From a virus: a stretch of 64,000 nt of DNA. The stretch's first letter is position 1, and the number at the start of each line of letters is the position of its first letter. The stretch lies in the IMG/VR virus record IMGVR_UViG_3300036719_006047, positions 1 to 64,000 of that record; one strand, given 5' to 3'. The notes beneath the pieces were generated by a model, which worked only from the letters and a program-made list of their open reading frames with translations, was not told the origin of the DNA and did no database searches. Below are positions 47,673-58,077 of this stretch, piece after piece. Made by a program: the position numbers and the translations under genes.

Positions 47673-48194
47673 TCAATAGCGTAGAGAAATACGTTTAATT
47701 TGTAATTTACCATCTTTTTCGGGTTGAAGCAGAAGATGTGGCTTCCGCTCGACGCTGGCAGGGCGGGTCAGTAGAATTACATTGCTGCTATTGAATTTAG
47801 TACCGCTAAACTTGGCGTTGGTGAGGTCGGCGCCGTTGAGCTTGGCGCCGGTGAGGTTGGTGCCGGTGAGCCTGGCGCCGGTGAGGTTGGCGCCGGTGAG
47901 GTTGGCGCCTTTGAGTTTGGCGTCGAAGAGGTCGGCTCCGGTGAGGTCGGCGTCGGTGAGGTCGGCGCCGGTGAGGTTGGCGCCCTGCAAGGAAGCGAGG
48001 GTGAGATCAGCGTTGGTGAGTTTGGCGCCAAGGAGGTTGGTGGTGTTGAGGTTGGCGTGGCTGAGGCTGATATTAGACAGATCTTTTAGTTCAGGCGGCA
48101 ATGACATAACAGGCCATTTTTGCACCACAGCTGAGCGACAAGCTTGTGCATGAGCGAGGACAAGTGGAACTCGGGGGTCAGACATGTCTGCCAT
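47673..48194 (-). CDS. DPRV-family pentapeptide-repeat protein, copy 3
   Basis: Same caps; [22 protein letters not shown]. Confidence 0.92.
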   Translation of the reverse strand: MADMSDPRVPLVLAHAQACRSAVVQKWPVMSLPPELKDLSNISLSHANLNTTNLLGAKLTNADLTLASLQGANLTGADLTDADLTGADLFDAKLKGANLTGANLTGARLTGTNLTGAKLNGADLTNAKFSGTKFNSSNVILLTRPASVERKPHLLLQPEKDGKLQIKRISLRY

Positions 48195-48202
48195 GGGTCA
48201 CC

Positions 48203-48907
48203 TCAGTATTGCAAAGGGATACGTTTAATTTGTAGTTTACCATCTTTTTCGGGCTGAAGCAGAAGATGAGGCCCCGGTCTAAAATTACCCGTGGGGTTGG
48301 TCAGCAGAATTGCATTGGCGCCCGTGAGGTCGGCGCGGCGGAGGTTGGTGCCGGTCAGGTTGGCGCCGGTGAGGTTGGCACCGGTGAGGTCGGCGCCGGT
48401 GAGGTCGGCGTTGCTGAGGTTGGCGCCGTTGAGGTCGGCGCCGTTGAGCTTCGCGTTGGCGAGGTAGGCGCTTTCGAGGTCAGCGTTGGTGAGGTTGGCG
48501 TCTTTGAGGTTGGCGCTGCTGAGCCAGGCGCCTTTGAGGTCGGCGCCGGTGAGGTTGGCGCTGTAGAGCTTGGCGCCGTTGAGGTCGGCGCCGGTGAGGA
48601 TGGCGCCTCTGAGGTCGGCGCCGTTAAGATAGGAGTGGTTGAGGGTGGTGCCGGTCAGGTCGGCGCCGCCGAGGTTGGCGCCGGTGAGGTTGGCGCCGCT
48701 GAGGTTGGCGTTGGTGAGGTTGGCATTGGTGAGGTTGGCGTTGGTGAGGTTAGCGTCGCTGAGGTTGGCGCCGGTGAGGTCGATGCTAGACAGATCTCGG
48801 AGATCGTTAGGTAAGTCCGGTCTATCCTTGCCTTGATCAACAGACTGTCTACAAGCTTCTGCATGAGCGAGGACAAGAGGAACGCGGGGGTCAGACATAT
48901 CGGCCAC
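48203..48907 (-). CDS. DPRV-family pentapeptide-repeat protein, copy 4
   Basis: Same caps; [22 protein letters not shown]. Confidence 0.92.
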   Translation of the reverse strand: MADMSDPRVPLVLAHAEACRQSVDQGKDRPDLPNDLRDLSSIDLTGANLSDANLTNANLTNANLTNANLSGANLTGANLGGADLTGTTLNHSYLNGADLRGAILTGADLNGAKLYSANLTGADLKGAWLSSANLKDANLTNADLESAYLANAKLNGADLNGANLSNADLTGADLTGANLTGANLTGTNLRRADLTGANAILLTNPTGNFRPGPHLLLQPEKDGKLQIKRIPLQY

Positions 48908-48915
48908 GGGTCACC

Positions 48916-49599
48916 TCAGTACCTGAAGATGCGAGTCTTGATGCGAACTTTGCCGTCGGAGTGAAGCTCAACAACAAGATTCTTGCTCGCATTATCACTG
49001 GCTCCGACTCGCGCCGAACCAAGCATAATAAACTTTTGTGCTACGTCTTGCGGGAAGCCCGCCACGGCCACGTACAAGTATCTTCCTTCCGCTAACTGTG
49101 ACTGCGTGATCTTGGCTCCTTTCAACTCGGCGAAACCTATTTTCGCATTAGTGACATTTGCGCCAGTTAGGTCAGCGTCAGTGAAGTCTGTGTCATGTAG
49201 CACTGAGCCAGTGAGGTCAGCTTTACTCAAATTCGCTTCGCTCAAGTTAGCTTTGTCTAGTTTGGCGTAACGCAATACAGCAGAGCTGAGATTCGCGCCG
49301 ATGAGGTCTGCTCCGCTCAGATCGCAGTTCATCAGATTCGCTCTACTCAAGTTTGCTTTCTTTAGCTTTGCGCCGCGAAGCACAGCATTCCTCAAGTCGA
49401 CGCCGCTCAGATCAGACCCAGTGAAATCAACTCCCGCGAAGTTGGCAGAGCTGAGAACAGCTCCGCTTAGATCTATTCCAGGCAAAGAGGTCAACTCTTG
49501 GGGTAAATCGGGCTTCTCTTCCAGAAATTGAGCAGCTTCTTTGCAGACTTCCGCATAGGCAAGGACGGCTTCGACGCGAGGATCAGACATGTCCGCCAT
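48916..49599 (-). CDS. DPRV-family pentapeptide-repeat protein, copy 5
   Basis: Same N-cap; NLVVELHSDGKVRIKTRIFRY. Confidence 0.92.
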   Translation of the reverse strand: MADMSDPRVEAVLAYAEVCKEAAQFLEEKPDLPQELTSLPGIDLSGAVLSSANFAGVDFTGSDLSGVDLRNAVLRGAKLKKANLSRANLMNCDLSGADLIGANLSSAVLRYAKLDKANLSEANLSKADLTGSVLHDTDFTDADLTGANVTNAKIGFAELKGAKITQSQLAEGRYLYVAVAGFPQDVAQKFIMLGSARVGASDNASKNLVVELHSDGKVRIKTRIFRY

Positions 49600-49607
49600 A
49601 GCCTACC

Positions 49608-50060
49608 TCACTCATCGTCCATTCGGAGTTGAGTAGCCCTGATCCTAACCTTTCCTGTCTCAGCTACCTGCGCGATCAATCTCGGTCTTCTGAGCTCTTC
49701 TGATATTTTCATGTATTGTTCGCCCAGGAGTATAAGACCTTTCACTGTTTCTAGATTTTTTCTGGGCAAACCCATACCTTCGATGTTGGCTCCTGTGAAG
49801 TTTGCTCCCTTTATGTTGGCTTTATACATGTACGTTCTGCTCAAATCACAACCTGTAAAATTTGTTTCGCTCAAGTCAGCACCATGGAAATCTAAACTAC
49901 TCAAAGTGGCAAAGCTCATGTCCGCTTTAGACAAATCTAACTTTTTCATGTCTCCTCTTCTGTGTGGGAATTGAGGTCTTTCCTTTCCTTCCTTGAGCGC
50001 TATCCTGCAGCGCTCGGCGTGCTTTAGCAAGTAGACAACGCGGGGGTCAGACATGTCCAT
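49608..50060 (-). CDS. DPRV-family pentapeptide-repeat protein, copy 6 (short, divergent)
   Basis: MDMSDPRV; degenerate pentads; AETGKVRIRAT tail. Confidence 0.88.
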   Translation of the reverse strand: MDMSDPRVVYLLKHAERCRIALKEGKERPQFPHRRGDMKKLDLSKADMSFATLSSLDFHGADLSETNFTGCDLSRTYMYKANIKGANFTGANIEGMGLPRKNLETVKGLILLGEQYMKISEELRRPRLIAQVAETGKVRIRATQLRMDDE

Positions 50061-50068
50061 GAATCAGC

Positions 50069-50980
50069 TCAGTACTTGAAGATGGGAGTTTTGATGTGAA
50101 GTTTGCCGTCTGAGCGCAGTTCGACAACAAGTCTCTTTTTGGACTTTCGTTTCCAGGACGCAGGCGCTGGTTCGTGGGGCAAAATAACTTTTTCAGCTAC
50201 TTCTTTGGGGTAACCGTCTTGCGGTACATTGACATACTCTGCGCTATTCAATTGAATTTGAGTAATCTTCGCATCGGTCAAGTCGGCAAAACCTATTTGG
50301 GCGCGGTTGAGCTTGGCGCCGTAGAGGTGGGCGGCGCTGAGGTTGGCGCGAGTAAGGTTGGTCCCGGTGAGGTCGGCGCCGTAGAGCTTGGCGCGGGTGA
50401 GGTCGGCGCCCGTGAGGAAGGCGCCGGTGAGGTTGGCATCGGTGAGGTCAGCGTCTTCGAGGATGGCGCCGCCGAGCTTGGCGCCGGTGAGGTCGGCGCC
50501 GATGAGCTTGGCGCCGGTGAGGTTGGCGCCGGTGAGGTTGGCACCTTTGAGTTTGGCGCCATCAAGGTTGGCGCCAGTGAGCTTGGCGCCGCGGAGGTCG
50601 GCGCCGCTAAGGTTGGCGCCGGTGAAGTCGGCGCGGGTAATGTTGGCGTTGTAGAGGATAGCGGTGTAGAGGTTGGCTTTGGTGAGGTCGGCGCCTCCGA
50701 GGCTGGCGCCGTAGAGGTTGGCGCCGGTGAGGTTGGCACCGCTGAGGTTGGCGTTGGTGAGGTTGGCGCCGATGAGGTTGGCGCCGGTGAGGTTGGTGCC
50801 GCTGAGGTCGGCTTCGGCGAGGTTGGCGCCGGCGAGGTCGGCGCCGGTGAGGTCGATGCCAGAAAGATCTTTTAGCTCATGCGGCAGAGGAGGTATGCTC
50901 TTTTTCCACCACTTAGCTTCTCGACAAGCCTCTGCGTGAGCGAGGACAGCGATAACGCGGGGGTCGGACATGTTGGCCAT
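50069..50980 (-). CDS. DPRV-family pentapeptide-repeat protein, copy 7
   Basis: MANMSDPRV; [22 protein letters not shown]. Confidence 0.92.
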   Translation of the reverse strand: MANMSDPRVIAVLAHAEACREAKWWKKSIPPLPHELKDLSGIDLTGADLAGANLAEADLSGTNLTGANLIGANLTNANLSGANLTGANLYGASLGGADLTKANLYTAILYNANITRADFTGANLSGADLRGAKLTGANLDGAKLKGANLTGANLTGAKLIGADLTGAKLGGAILEDADLTDANLTGAFLTGADLTRAKLYGADLTGTNLTRANLSAAHLYGAKLNRAQIGFADLTDAKITQIQLNSAEYVNVPQDGYPKEVAEKVILPHEPAPASWKRKSKKRLVVELRSDGKLHIKTPIFKY

Positions 50981-50983
50981 GAA

Positions 50984-53818
50984 TCACTTCGATCTCGATT
51001 TGCTGCTAGCTTCTTGTGTGTTGAGTTGATGCATCCTTCTTTCCGCCTCTGCTGCAGTAGCGAAAGTGAGGAGGTCAGGCATCACTCTGTAAACGATGGG
51101 CCCCGAGAAGATGTCACTCTTCTCTGCGATGACGCGACGCGGCCCTGACTTCCTACCTACCGCTAGCATCTTTTCGTAGCGTACACGCTTAGCCCAAAAC
51201 TCAGCAGGATCGGCGATTATCTTTTCTACAGCTCTTTCGCGGCTCTCGGGTGTCGGCATGTTTGTGCCAGGAATGAGGAAGGGATAGGAATGCCTCCTTC
51301 CGGCAATCTGAAAAGCTCTTTGCTTTGCTTCTTCAGGACTGTAGCCTTCTCTCAAACCTGACTCAAAGATGGCCAACCGCATCCGTCGAATTTGCTCTTC
51401 GTACGGATCGAGCACCTCGATGCCGTCTTCTTTGGGGTTGGTGTTTGCCGTCTGTTTGTCTTTGGGCGCCTTGGCGTTGATGTTGTCGTAGCGCAGCCTC
51501 ATGACCTGTTCTGGCATCAATTCAGCCATCAAGATATGCAGATAGTCTCTAACGTTGACGCCTGCTCCTTTACCTGAACCTTCTTCGAGCAAAGTCTTGA
51601 ACTCAATCGGCATCTCGTTGAGCACTTGAGCCGGCTTTCTGTTGTACGAAGGCGCCGAAGAATAATCGTCTTGCGGTCCTTCCCCCAAAACGAGGCGCGT
51701 GTGGTTGCGCTTCTTCTCGATTCGGCTCATCAACGCAAACGAGAAAGGATCGTTGGGGATGACGTAGATGATTTTGGGCTCTACGTTCTGCTCGGGCCGG
51801 TTGATGCGGTCTTCTGCTTGCGCTTCGATGCCGGGGTTCGGCATGCGCTGAATGAACAACAGCGTGTCTGCTGCGCTCAGGTTCAACCCTTCGCTGCCTG
51901 CTCGGGTCAAGATGACAATGGCTCTCTTGTCCTTCGCGTCAAGTTTTTCGGGGAACCTCAGACGTCGGCTCAACTCATCGAAGTCGCTGTATTCGTCTCC
52001 AAGCTTCTTTGCGGCTGACTGCGGCGTCTTGATCGGCTCGAGCACACTCGACTTCTTTTCTGCCATGCTTACGCGAGAAGCGTCTGCAACGTAAATCCTG
52101 ATGTTCGGGAATGCCTCTCTCAGCTTCTCAAAAAGCTTCTTCACGACGTCTTTGTGGTAAGCAAAGATAACCATCGGCCTGTCGAAATCTTTGTTCTCCG
52201 TGTTGTTTATTCTGTTTGACACAGCAGCGATCGTGCCATCGATCACGCTGGTGCCCATTCCTTTCATGAGAGTCGGAGGGATTGGGATGTAACCGCCGTA
52301 AAGCAGTTTCTTCAGCTTGTCCTTGAACACGGCGACGACAGCAGGGCTGAGTACTTCAGCCGCTGGTCTGCCTTTGTTTTTCGTCAGGTAAGCGTCGAAT
52401 TCCTGGAACACCTTTGAGGCTGCGTTGATCTTTTTTGCGTATTCTGCTTTGTCGGACGCCTTTCCACTCTTCCGCGAAGATCTTGCGATGACCTCTTTCG
52501 ACTTCTCGATAGCGGCCATAACTTCTTCGATTCTCTGGCTGTCAGGCGGCAGAATCAGGTAGGCTCTCTTCTTCTCTCTGAGCTGGAAACGAGCCAAAGC
52601 TCCAGTCTCTACAGCAAGTCGCCTGGGGTGACGAGTGCCCTTCGCGTACAACTCTTTTTGCAGCTTTTTCTGGGGCTCCTCGTTCTCCCAGTCCTTGAAC
52701 GTGATGTGACCTGTCCTTGAGAGCGTCATATCGTCGAAGTTCAGTCCTGTCTTGGCAGACAAGAAAATCGCTTCGAGCGACTTCGCCATCTGCTCGTCTG
52801 CGACAGGGTAGTCGTGGTAAGGAACCTCACCCACCGGCTCGAGCATGTTCAGAATGCTGGCAAGCTCTCCTGGGTCGTTGAGCATCGGTGTGCCCGTCAA
52901 CGCCAGCACGTGGGGGATGTAGTTCGCCAAATAGTAGCAGACTTTTGTGTTTTCCGAGCCGTAGTACTTCAACCTGTGGGCTTCGTCGAACACAATGGTC
53001 TTGATCTTGGCTGTGATCAGGTCACGAACTTCGACCGCTTCTTTTTGCTGTGCAGGAGTTGGTAACTTTAGTCTTTTGCTTTTTGCCACGACCTCCTCGA
53101 CAGGCTCGCTCTCGTCCTCCATATCGTCCAAGCTTGATGCAAGCTCAACTCTATCTTCCTTTGCGCCGAACGCTGTGTAGTACTCGGGCAGGGCTCTGCC
53201 GGCATAAGCTCCTGCGGGCCAAAGTAACGTTCTCAGCATCTCATAGGTAACCAGAATTACACTGTTTTCGTTAGCTTCTTCGACCGTTCTTCTGAGCCTG
53301 TTTGATGCCTCTACCTCGACTACAGTGTAGTTTGTTCTCAGCGCAAAAGTGTTTTTCCAAGAAGGCAGAGCGCTTCTCGGACAAACAACGAGGGCAGGCA
53401 AGTAACTCTCTGTGTCCGTCTCGAGCGTTTGGCCCGCATCGCCTGCGGCAATCGTCAAAACAGCTGTAGTTGTCTTTCCTAAGCCCATAGGATCGAACAA
53501 GCCCGCTCTGCCGCCTCGGTACAAAGCGAACAGCATCCCGGCCATCTGGTAGGGCAAGGCTGGTTGGCCTTTGCTGTAAAACTTCTTCGCCTTGATAGCA
53601 TTATCGAGAACGGCTTTAGCGGCCGCATCGATCTTCTCGTAATCCTCTCCCGAGAAGCCGTACTTCTCGTTGATGATACCCGGATAGCGCGAGATCTTGC
53701 TCCCTGTGTCGGGAGTGATCTCTGCTACAGGACTTAAATTCTGCTTTTTGCCTCTCTTTGCGGGAGGGTTTTTGCGGAAGATGACTTCTCGGTCCGGGAG
53801 AAGAGCGATGCGGTACAT
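50984..53818 (-). CDS. Second SNF2-family helicase-like protein, embedded in the pentapeptide array
   Basis: DPMGLGKT, VVCPRS, FDEAHRLK, LTGTPMLN, EGLNL..AD, QAEDRINR; RKNP near N-terminus, NTNP before C-terminal module. Confidence 0.85.
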   Translation of the reverse strand: MYRIALLPDREVIFRKNPPAKRGKKQNLSPVAEITPDTGSKISRYPGIINEKYGFSGEDYEKIDAAAKAVLDNAIKAKKFYSKGQPALPYQMAGMLFALYRGGRAGLFDPMGLGKTTTAVLTIAAGDAGQTLETDTESYLPALVVCPRSALPSWKNTFALRTNYTVVEVEASNRLRRTVEEANENSVILVTYEMLRTLLWPAGAYAGRALPEYYTAFGAKEDRVELASSLDDMEDESEPVEEVVAKSKRLKLPTPAQQKEAVEVRDLITAKIKTIVFDEAHRLKYYGSENTKVCYYLANYIPHVLALTGTPMLNDPGELASILNMLEPVGEVPYHDYPVADEQMAKSLEAIFLSAKTGLNFDDMTLSRTGHITFKDWENEEPQKKLQKELYAKGTRHPRRLAVETGALARFQLREKKRAYLILPPDSQRIEEVMAAIEKSKEVIARSSRKSGKASDKAEYAKKINAASKVFQEFDAYLTKNKGRPAAEVLSPAVVAVFKDKLKKLLYGGYIPIPPTLMKGMGTSVIDGTIAAVSNRINNTENKDFDRPMVIFAYHKDVVKKLFEKLREAFPNIRIYVADASRVSMAEKKSSVLEPIKTPQSAAKKLGDEYSDFDELSRRLRFPEKLDAKDKRAIVILTRAGSEGLNLSAADTLLFIQRMPNPGIEAQAEDRINRPEQNVEPKIIYVIPNDPFSFALMSRIEKKRNHTRLVLGEGPQDDYSSAPSYNRKPAQVLNEMPIEFKTLLEEGSGKGAGVNVRDYLHILMAELMPEQVMRLRYDNINAKAPKDKQTANTNPKEDGIEVLDPYEEQIRRMRLAIFESGLREGYSPEEAKQRAFQIAGRRHSYPFLIPGTNMPTPESRERAVEKIIADPAEFWAKRVRYEKMLAVGRKSGPRRVIAEKSDIFSGPIVYRVMPDLLTFATAAEAERRMHQLNTQEASSKSRSK

Positions 53819-53820
53819 GA

Positions 53821-54165
53821 TTAGAACCCACCCACTGAGTTTCTGTTTTCAGGAGCCGGCCCGAAACGAACGATACCGTTCACGACCTGCTTCTTCTCGA
53901 GAAGGTCTCTCTCGGTCGAGCCGTCCTCGCCCAGCTTCTGCTGCAGTTCAGCAATACCTACAGGCTCTTTCCTGTGAACAGAGCTGTTGTAAGCTGCTGT
54001 CTGCGGCACGAAATGTGGCGCAGAGAAGTAACCTGCCACCCCTCCGGCCGCTGCCGCCACCAACGGGATGTTGGAGTCCTCGTCAGCTTCGTACTTCTTG
54101 CCCAAGAAGTACCCGAGAGCTGCTCCGATGGCCGCCCCTGCGAGGCGTGCTGTATTCTGGGTCAT
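53821..54165 (-). CDS. Small membrane protein with two Gly/Ala-rich TM segments
   Basis: Likely start ATG 54165; LAGAAIGAALGYFLG, LVAAAAGGVAGYF. Confidence 0.65.
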   Translation of the reverse strand: MTQNTARLAGAAIGAALGYFLGKKYEADEDSNIPLVAAAAGGVAGYFSAPHFVPQTAAYNSSVHRKEPVGIAELQQKLGEDGSTERDLLEKKQVVNGIVRFGPAPENRNSVGGF

Positions 54166-54293
54166 GGTGCCTCCAGTTCTGCCCACTGAGTCTCGCCTAA
54201 GTAGCGAGAACGCAGGGCATCCACGAGACACAATAGCCTTTGCCCGGTCTTTGGTCGCTTTACCGACCCGTCTTCGAGTGCTGCAGCTCTGCG

Positions 54294-54489
54294 TCAATAC
54301 TTTGAGACTCGATTCACGTTGTACAGAGCGTCTTCTCGCTTTAGGCTAATACTTCTTCTATTTTCTGCCTTTCGAGCTAAATCTCTTTGGCCGAAGGGGC
54401 TATAAGGTTGAGTTTGTTCTATCTGAATCGCTTCCTTGCACTATTTTTAGTGAGCTACAAGCTCGCCTGCGAGGGTCAGACATGCTCAT
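54294..54489 (-). pseudogene. Decayed 17th DPRV-family copy
   Basis: After the copy-8 stop and an 8-nt spacer: ATG AGC ATG TCT GAC CCT CGC (MSMSDPR), frameshift, LVAH*K*CKEA (cf. [11 protein letters not shown]), no pentads, ends AAG TAT TGA (KY*). Confidence 0.75.
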
Positions 54490-54497
54490 GCATCAGC

Positions 54498-55121
54498 TCA
54501 GTACTTGAAAATGGGAGTTTTGATGTGAAGCTTGCCGTCAGAACGAAGCTCGGCGACAAGTCTCTTTTTGGCGACACGGCTCCCGCGATCGGCTTCTGGC
54601 TCGTGAAGAAAAATAACTTTTTCGGCTACTCCTTCGGGGTAGTCCAAATTCGCAACATCGCGATACCCTGCGCTATTCAATTGACTTTGAGTGATCTTCG
54701 CGTTGTTCAAATCAGCGAAACCGATGGAGGTCCTGAACAAGCTGGCGTCGGTGAGATTAGCGCCGGTGAGGTTGGCGCCCTTGAGGTTGGCTTCCCCGAG
54801 GCGGGCGCCGGTGAGGTCGGCGCGGGTGAGGTTGGAGCCGCTGAGGTTGGCGCCGGTGAGCTTGGCACCGGTGAGGTTGGCGTCGGTGAGGTTGGCTCCG
54901 GTGAGGTTGGCGCCGTAGAGGTTGGCGCGGAAGAGATTGGCGCCGGTGAGGTCGGCGTCGTTGAGCTCGGCTTCGGCGAGGTCGGCGCCGGATAGGTCGA
55001 TGCCAGAAAGATCTTTGAGATTATGCGGCAAAGAAGGTCTGCTATCTCCCCGAGCATAAGCTTCTTTGCAAGCCCTTGCGTGAGCGAGGACAGCGATAAC
55101 GCGGGGGTCGGACATGTTCAT
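54498..55121 (-). CDS. DPRV-family pentapeptide-repeat protein, copy 8
   Basis: MNMSDPRV ... [22 protein letters not shown]. Confidence 0.92.
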   Translation of the reverse strand: MNMSDPRVIAVLAHARACKEAYARGDSRPSLPHNLKDLSGIDLSGADLAEAELNDADLTGANLFRANLYGANLTGANLTDANLTGAKLTGANLSGSNLTRADLTGARLGEANLKGANLTGANLTDASLFRTSIGFADLNNAKITQSQLNSAGYRDVANLDYPEGVAEKVIFLHEPEADRGSRVAKKRLVAELRSDGKLHIKTPIFKY

Positions 55122-55129
55122 GATTCACC

Positions 55130-55675
55130 TCAGTACTTGAAGATGGGAGTTTTGATGTGAAGTTTGCCGTCAGAACGAAGTTCAACGACAAGTCTTTTTT
55201 TGGCTTCAGTAAGCCCGCTGCTGGGTTCGTGAAGCAAAATGAATTTTTTAGCTGCTGCCACTGGGTAACCATTGTATGCTACATTTATATTGGACGAAGA
55301 TTCAATTTGGTCTTGCGTAATCTTCGCGTCGGTCAAGTCAGCAAAACCGATGTAGGCTTTGGTCAAGTTGGCGTCGGTGAGGTTGGCTCCTGTAAGATCG
55401 GAGTCGTTGAGGCTGGCGCGAGTGAGGTTGGCGCCGGTCAGGTTAGCGTTAATGAGGTTGGTTTTGCCGAAGATGGCACCGGTGAGGTTGGCGCCCGTGA
55501 GATCGACGCCCTCGAGATCGGTGTCACCGAGGCTGGCGTTCGTGAGGTCGATGCCAGAAAGATCTTTGAGCTCATGAGGCAGAGGAGGTCTGCTCTTTTT
55601 AAACCACTTAGCTTCTTTGCAAGCCCTTGCGTGAGCGAGGATAGCGACAACGCGGGGGTCGGACATGTTGGCCAC
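55130..55675 (-). CDS. DPRV-family pentapeptide-repeat protein, copy 9
   Basis: Same caps. Confidence 0.92.
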   Translation of the reverse strand: MANMSDPRVVAILAHARACKEAKWFKKSRPPLPHELKDLSGIDLTNASLGDTDLEGVDLTGANLTGAIFGKTNLINANLTGANLTRASLNDSDLTGANLTDANLTKAYIGFADLTDAKITQDQIESSSNINVAYNGYPVAAAKKFILLHEPSSGLTEAKKRLVVELRSDGKLHIKTPIFKY

Positions 55676-55683
55676 GGTTCACC

Positions 55684-56544
55684 TCAGTACTTGAAGATGG
55701 GAGTTTTGATGTGAAGTTTGCCGTCAGAACGAAGTTCAACGACAAGTCTTTTTTTTACTTGGCGCTGCAAGCTATGACTTTTCTGTTGCAGCAAAATAAC
55801 TTTTTTTGCTATTTCTTTCGGGTAACCATCTTCTGCGACATCTGTGTGTTCAATAAAGTTCAGTTGGGCCTGAGTGACCTTAGCGTTAGTCAAATCTGCG
55901 AATCCCAAATCAGCGTAGTTGAGGTCGGCTCCCGTCAGATCAGCACCTGTGAGGTTAGCGCGGCTGAGCTTGGCGATGCTGAGGTCGGCACCAGTAAGGT
56001 CAGCCCCTTCTAAGTTAGCGCTTTTGATGTCGGCTCCGGTGAGGGCGGCGCCGTTGAGGTTGGCACGATTTAAGTTGGCACGGTTCAACTCGGAGTAGCT
56101 TAGCGTGGCTGAGCGGAGGGAAGCGCCGCTGAGATCAGCTCTGCTAAAATTGGCGTTGAGGCATTTGGCTGACTCAAGTTCTGCGTTGTTTAATTTGGCG
56201 TCGACAAGTTTGACTTCTTGAAGATTGGCGTCGGTGAGGTCGGCACCAGTGAGGTCTGCGCCCGTGAGATCCGCGGAATACAGTTGGGCGCCCGACAGCT
56301 TGGCACCCCTAAGGTCGGCGCCAGTTAGGTTGACTGCAGAGAGATTTGCACGCTCAAGCTTGGCGCCACTTAAGTTGGCTCCGGCAAAGTTGACGCCGAT
56401 GAGGCTGAGGCTGCTGAGGTCTATTCCAGATAATTCTTTAAGGTTTTCGGGGAATGGCGGTATGGTTTTTCCTGCGTTTTCGGCTTGGTAATGAGCCTTT
56501 ACGTAATCGAGCACGCGAGGGACACGGGGATCAGACATGTCCAT
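55684..56544 (-). CDS. DPRV-family pentapeptide-repeat protein, copy 10
   Basis: Same caps. Confidence 0.92.
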   Translation of the reverse strand: MDMSDPRVPRVLDYVKAHYQAENAGKTIPPFPENLKELSGIDLSSLSLIGVNFAGANLSGAKLERANLSAVNLTGADLRGAKLSGAQLYSADLTGADLTGADLTDANLQEVKLVDAKLNNAELESAKCLNANFSRADLSGASLRSATLSYSELNRANLNRANLNGAALTGADIKSANLEGADLTGADLSIAKLSRANLTGADLTGADLNYADLGFADLTNAKVTQAQLNFIEHTDVAEDGYPKEIAKKVILLQQKSHSLQRQVKKRLVVELRSDGKLHIKTPIFKY

Positions 56545-56552
56545 GAATCACC

Positions 56553-57299
56553 TCAATACTTGAAGATGGGAGTCTTGATGTAAAGTTTGCCGTCTGCACG
56601 CAGTTCAACGACAAGTCTCTTTTTAACTTGTTGCCTCGATCTTCTGAGTTCTGGATTGTGGAATAAAATAACTTTTTCGGCTACTTCTTTTGGGTAACCG
56701 TCTTGTGCTACATCAGTGTAAAGTGCGCTGTCTAGCTGGGCCTTAGTGATGTTCGCGTTGGTTAAGTCAGCAAAACCGATGTTGGCGGCGATGAGGTTGG
56801 CGGCGTTGAGGTTGGCGGCGGTGAGGTTGGCGTCGACAAGCTTGGCGTCGGTGAGGGTGGCGTGGGTGAGGTCGGCGCTGCTGAGGTCGGCGCGGCTGAG
56901 GATGGCGCTGCCGAGGTAGGCGCGGAGGAGCTTGGCGTCAGTGAGGTTTGCGTGGCTGAGGTCGGCGTTGGTGAGCTTGGTGTCAGTGAGGTCGGCGCGG
57001 CTGAGGTCGGCACCGTTTAACTTTGAGAAGTAGAGCTCGGCGGCGCTTAGGTCGGCACCTTCGAAGTTGGCGCGGGTGAGGTTGGCGCGGATGAAGTAGG
57101 CGCTACTGAGATTGGCACCGGTAAAGTCGGCACCTTCGAGGTTGGCGTCACTGAGGTTGGCACTGCTGAGGTCGATGCCAGACAAATCTAGGAGATTAGA
57201 AGCTAAGACTGGTCCGTCTTCTCTTCTATTTTTAGCTTCTTTGCAAGCCCTTGCGTGAGCGAGGACAAGAGGAACGCGGGGGTCAGACATATCGGCCAC
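56553..57299 (-). CDS. DPRV-family pentapeptide-repeat protein, copy 11
   Basis: Same caps. Confidence 0.92.
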   Translation of the reverse strand: MADMSDPRVPLVLAHARACKEAKNRREDGPVLASNLLDLSGIDLSSANLSDANLEGADFTGANLSSAYFIRANLTRANFEGADLSAAELYFSKLNGADLSRADLTDTKLTNADLSHANLTDAKLLRAYLGSAILSRADLSSADLTHATLTDAKLVDANLTAANLNAANLIAANIGFADLTNANITKAQLDSALYTDVAQDGYPKEVAEKVILFHNPELRRSRQQVKKRLVVELRADGKLYIKTPIFKY

Positions 57300-57307
57300 A
57301 GATCACC

Positions 57308-58069
57308 TCAGTACTTGAAGACGGGAGTCTTGATGTGCAGTCTGCCGTCTGCTCGAAGCTCAACAACAAGTCTTTTTTTGGCTGTTCGTTTCCAGGACGC
57401 AGGCGCTGGTTCGTGGGGCAAAATAACTTTTTCAGCTACTTCTTTGGGGTAACCGTCTTGCGGTACATTGACATACCCTGCGCTATTCAATTGAATTTGA
57501 GTAATCTTCGCGTTGGTCAAGTCAGCGAAACCTAATTTGGCACTTTTGAGGTCGGCGCCTTCGAGGTTGGCGCCGGTGAGGTCGGCGTCGGTGAGGTCGG
57601 CGCCGCCGAGGTCGGCGTCGGTGAGGTCGGCGCCGGTGAGGTTGGCGCCGCTGAGCTCGGCGCGGAAGAGTCTGACGCGGGTGAGGTTGGCTCCGCTTAG
57701 GTCAGCGCCCTCGAGCTTGGCGCCGTCGAGATCGGCGCCGCTGAGGTCGGCGTTGGTGAGGTTGGCGCTGCTGAGGTCGGCGCCTTCGAGAACGGCGTCG
57801 GTGAGGTTAGCGTCGGTGAGGTTGGCGCCGATGAGCCAGGCGCTGATGAGCTTGGCGCTGATGAGCTTGGCGTCGGTGAGGTTAGCGTCGGTGAGGTTAG
57901 CGTCGGTGAGGTCGGCTTCTTCGAGATTGGCGCCGGAGAGGTTGATGCCAGAAAGATCTTTGAGTTTATGAGGCAGAGGAGGTCTGCTCTTTCCCCCCGA
58001 CTTAGCTTCTCGACAAGCCTCTGCGTGAGCGAGGATAGCGATAACGCGGGGGTCGGACATATCGGCCAC
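57308..58069 (-). CDS. DPRV-family pentapeptide-repeat protein, copy 12
   Basis: Same caps. Confidence 0.92.
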   Translation of the reverse strand: MADMSDPRVIAILAHAEACREAKSGGKSRPPLPHKLKDLSGINLSGANLEEADLTDANLTDANLTDAKLISAKLISAWLIGANLTDANLTDAVLEGADLSSANLTNADLSGADLDGAKLEGADLSGANLTRVRLFRAELSGANLTGADLTDADLGGADLTDADLTGANLEGADLKSAKLGFADLTNAKITQIQLNSAGYVNVPQDGYPKEVAEKVILPHEPAPASWKRTAKKRLVVELRADGRLHIKTPVFKY

Positions 58070-58077
58070 AGATCACC

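Noticed and set aside
54294-54489. Stop-codon reassignment (TAG/TAA read-through) rescuing the relic
   Set aside because: It would also need a frameshift, and TAG/TAA terminate genes normally elsewhere (e.g. UvrD, MTase); the window is fully coded in code 11.
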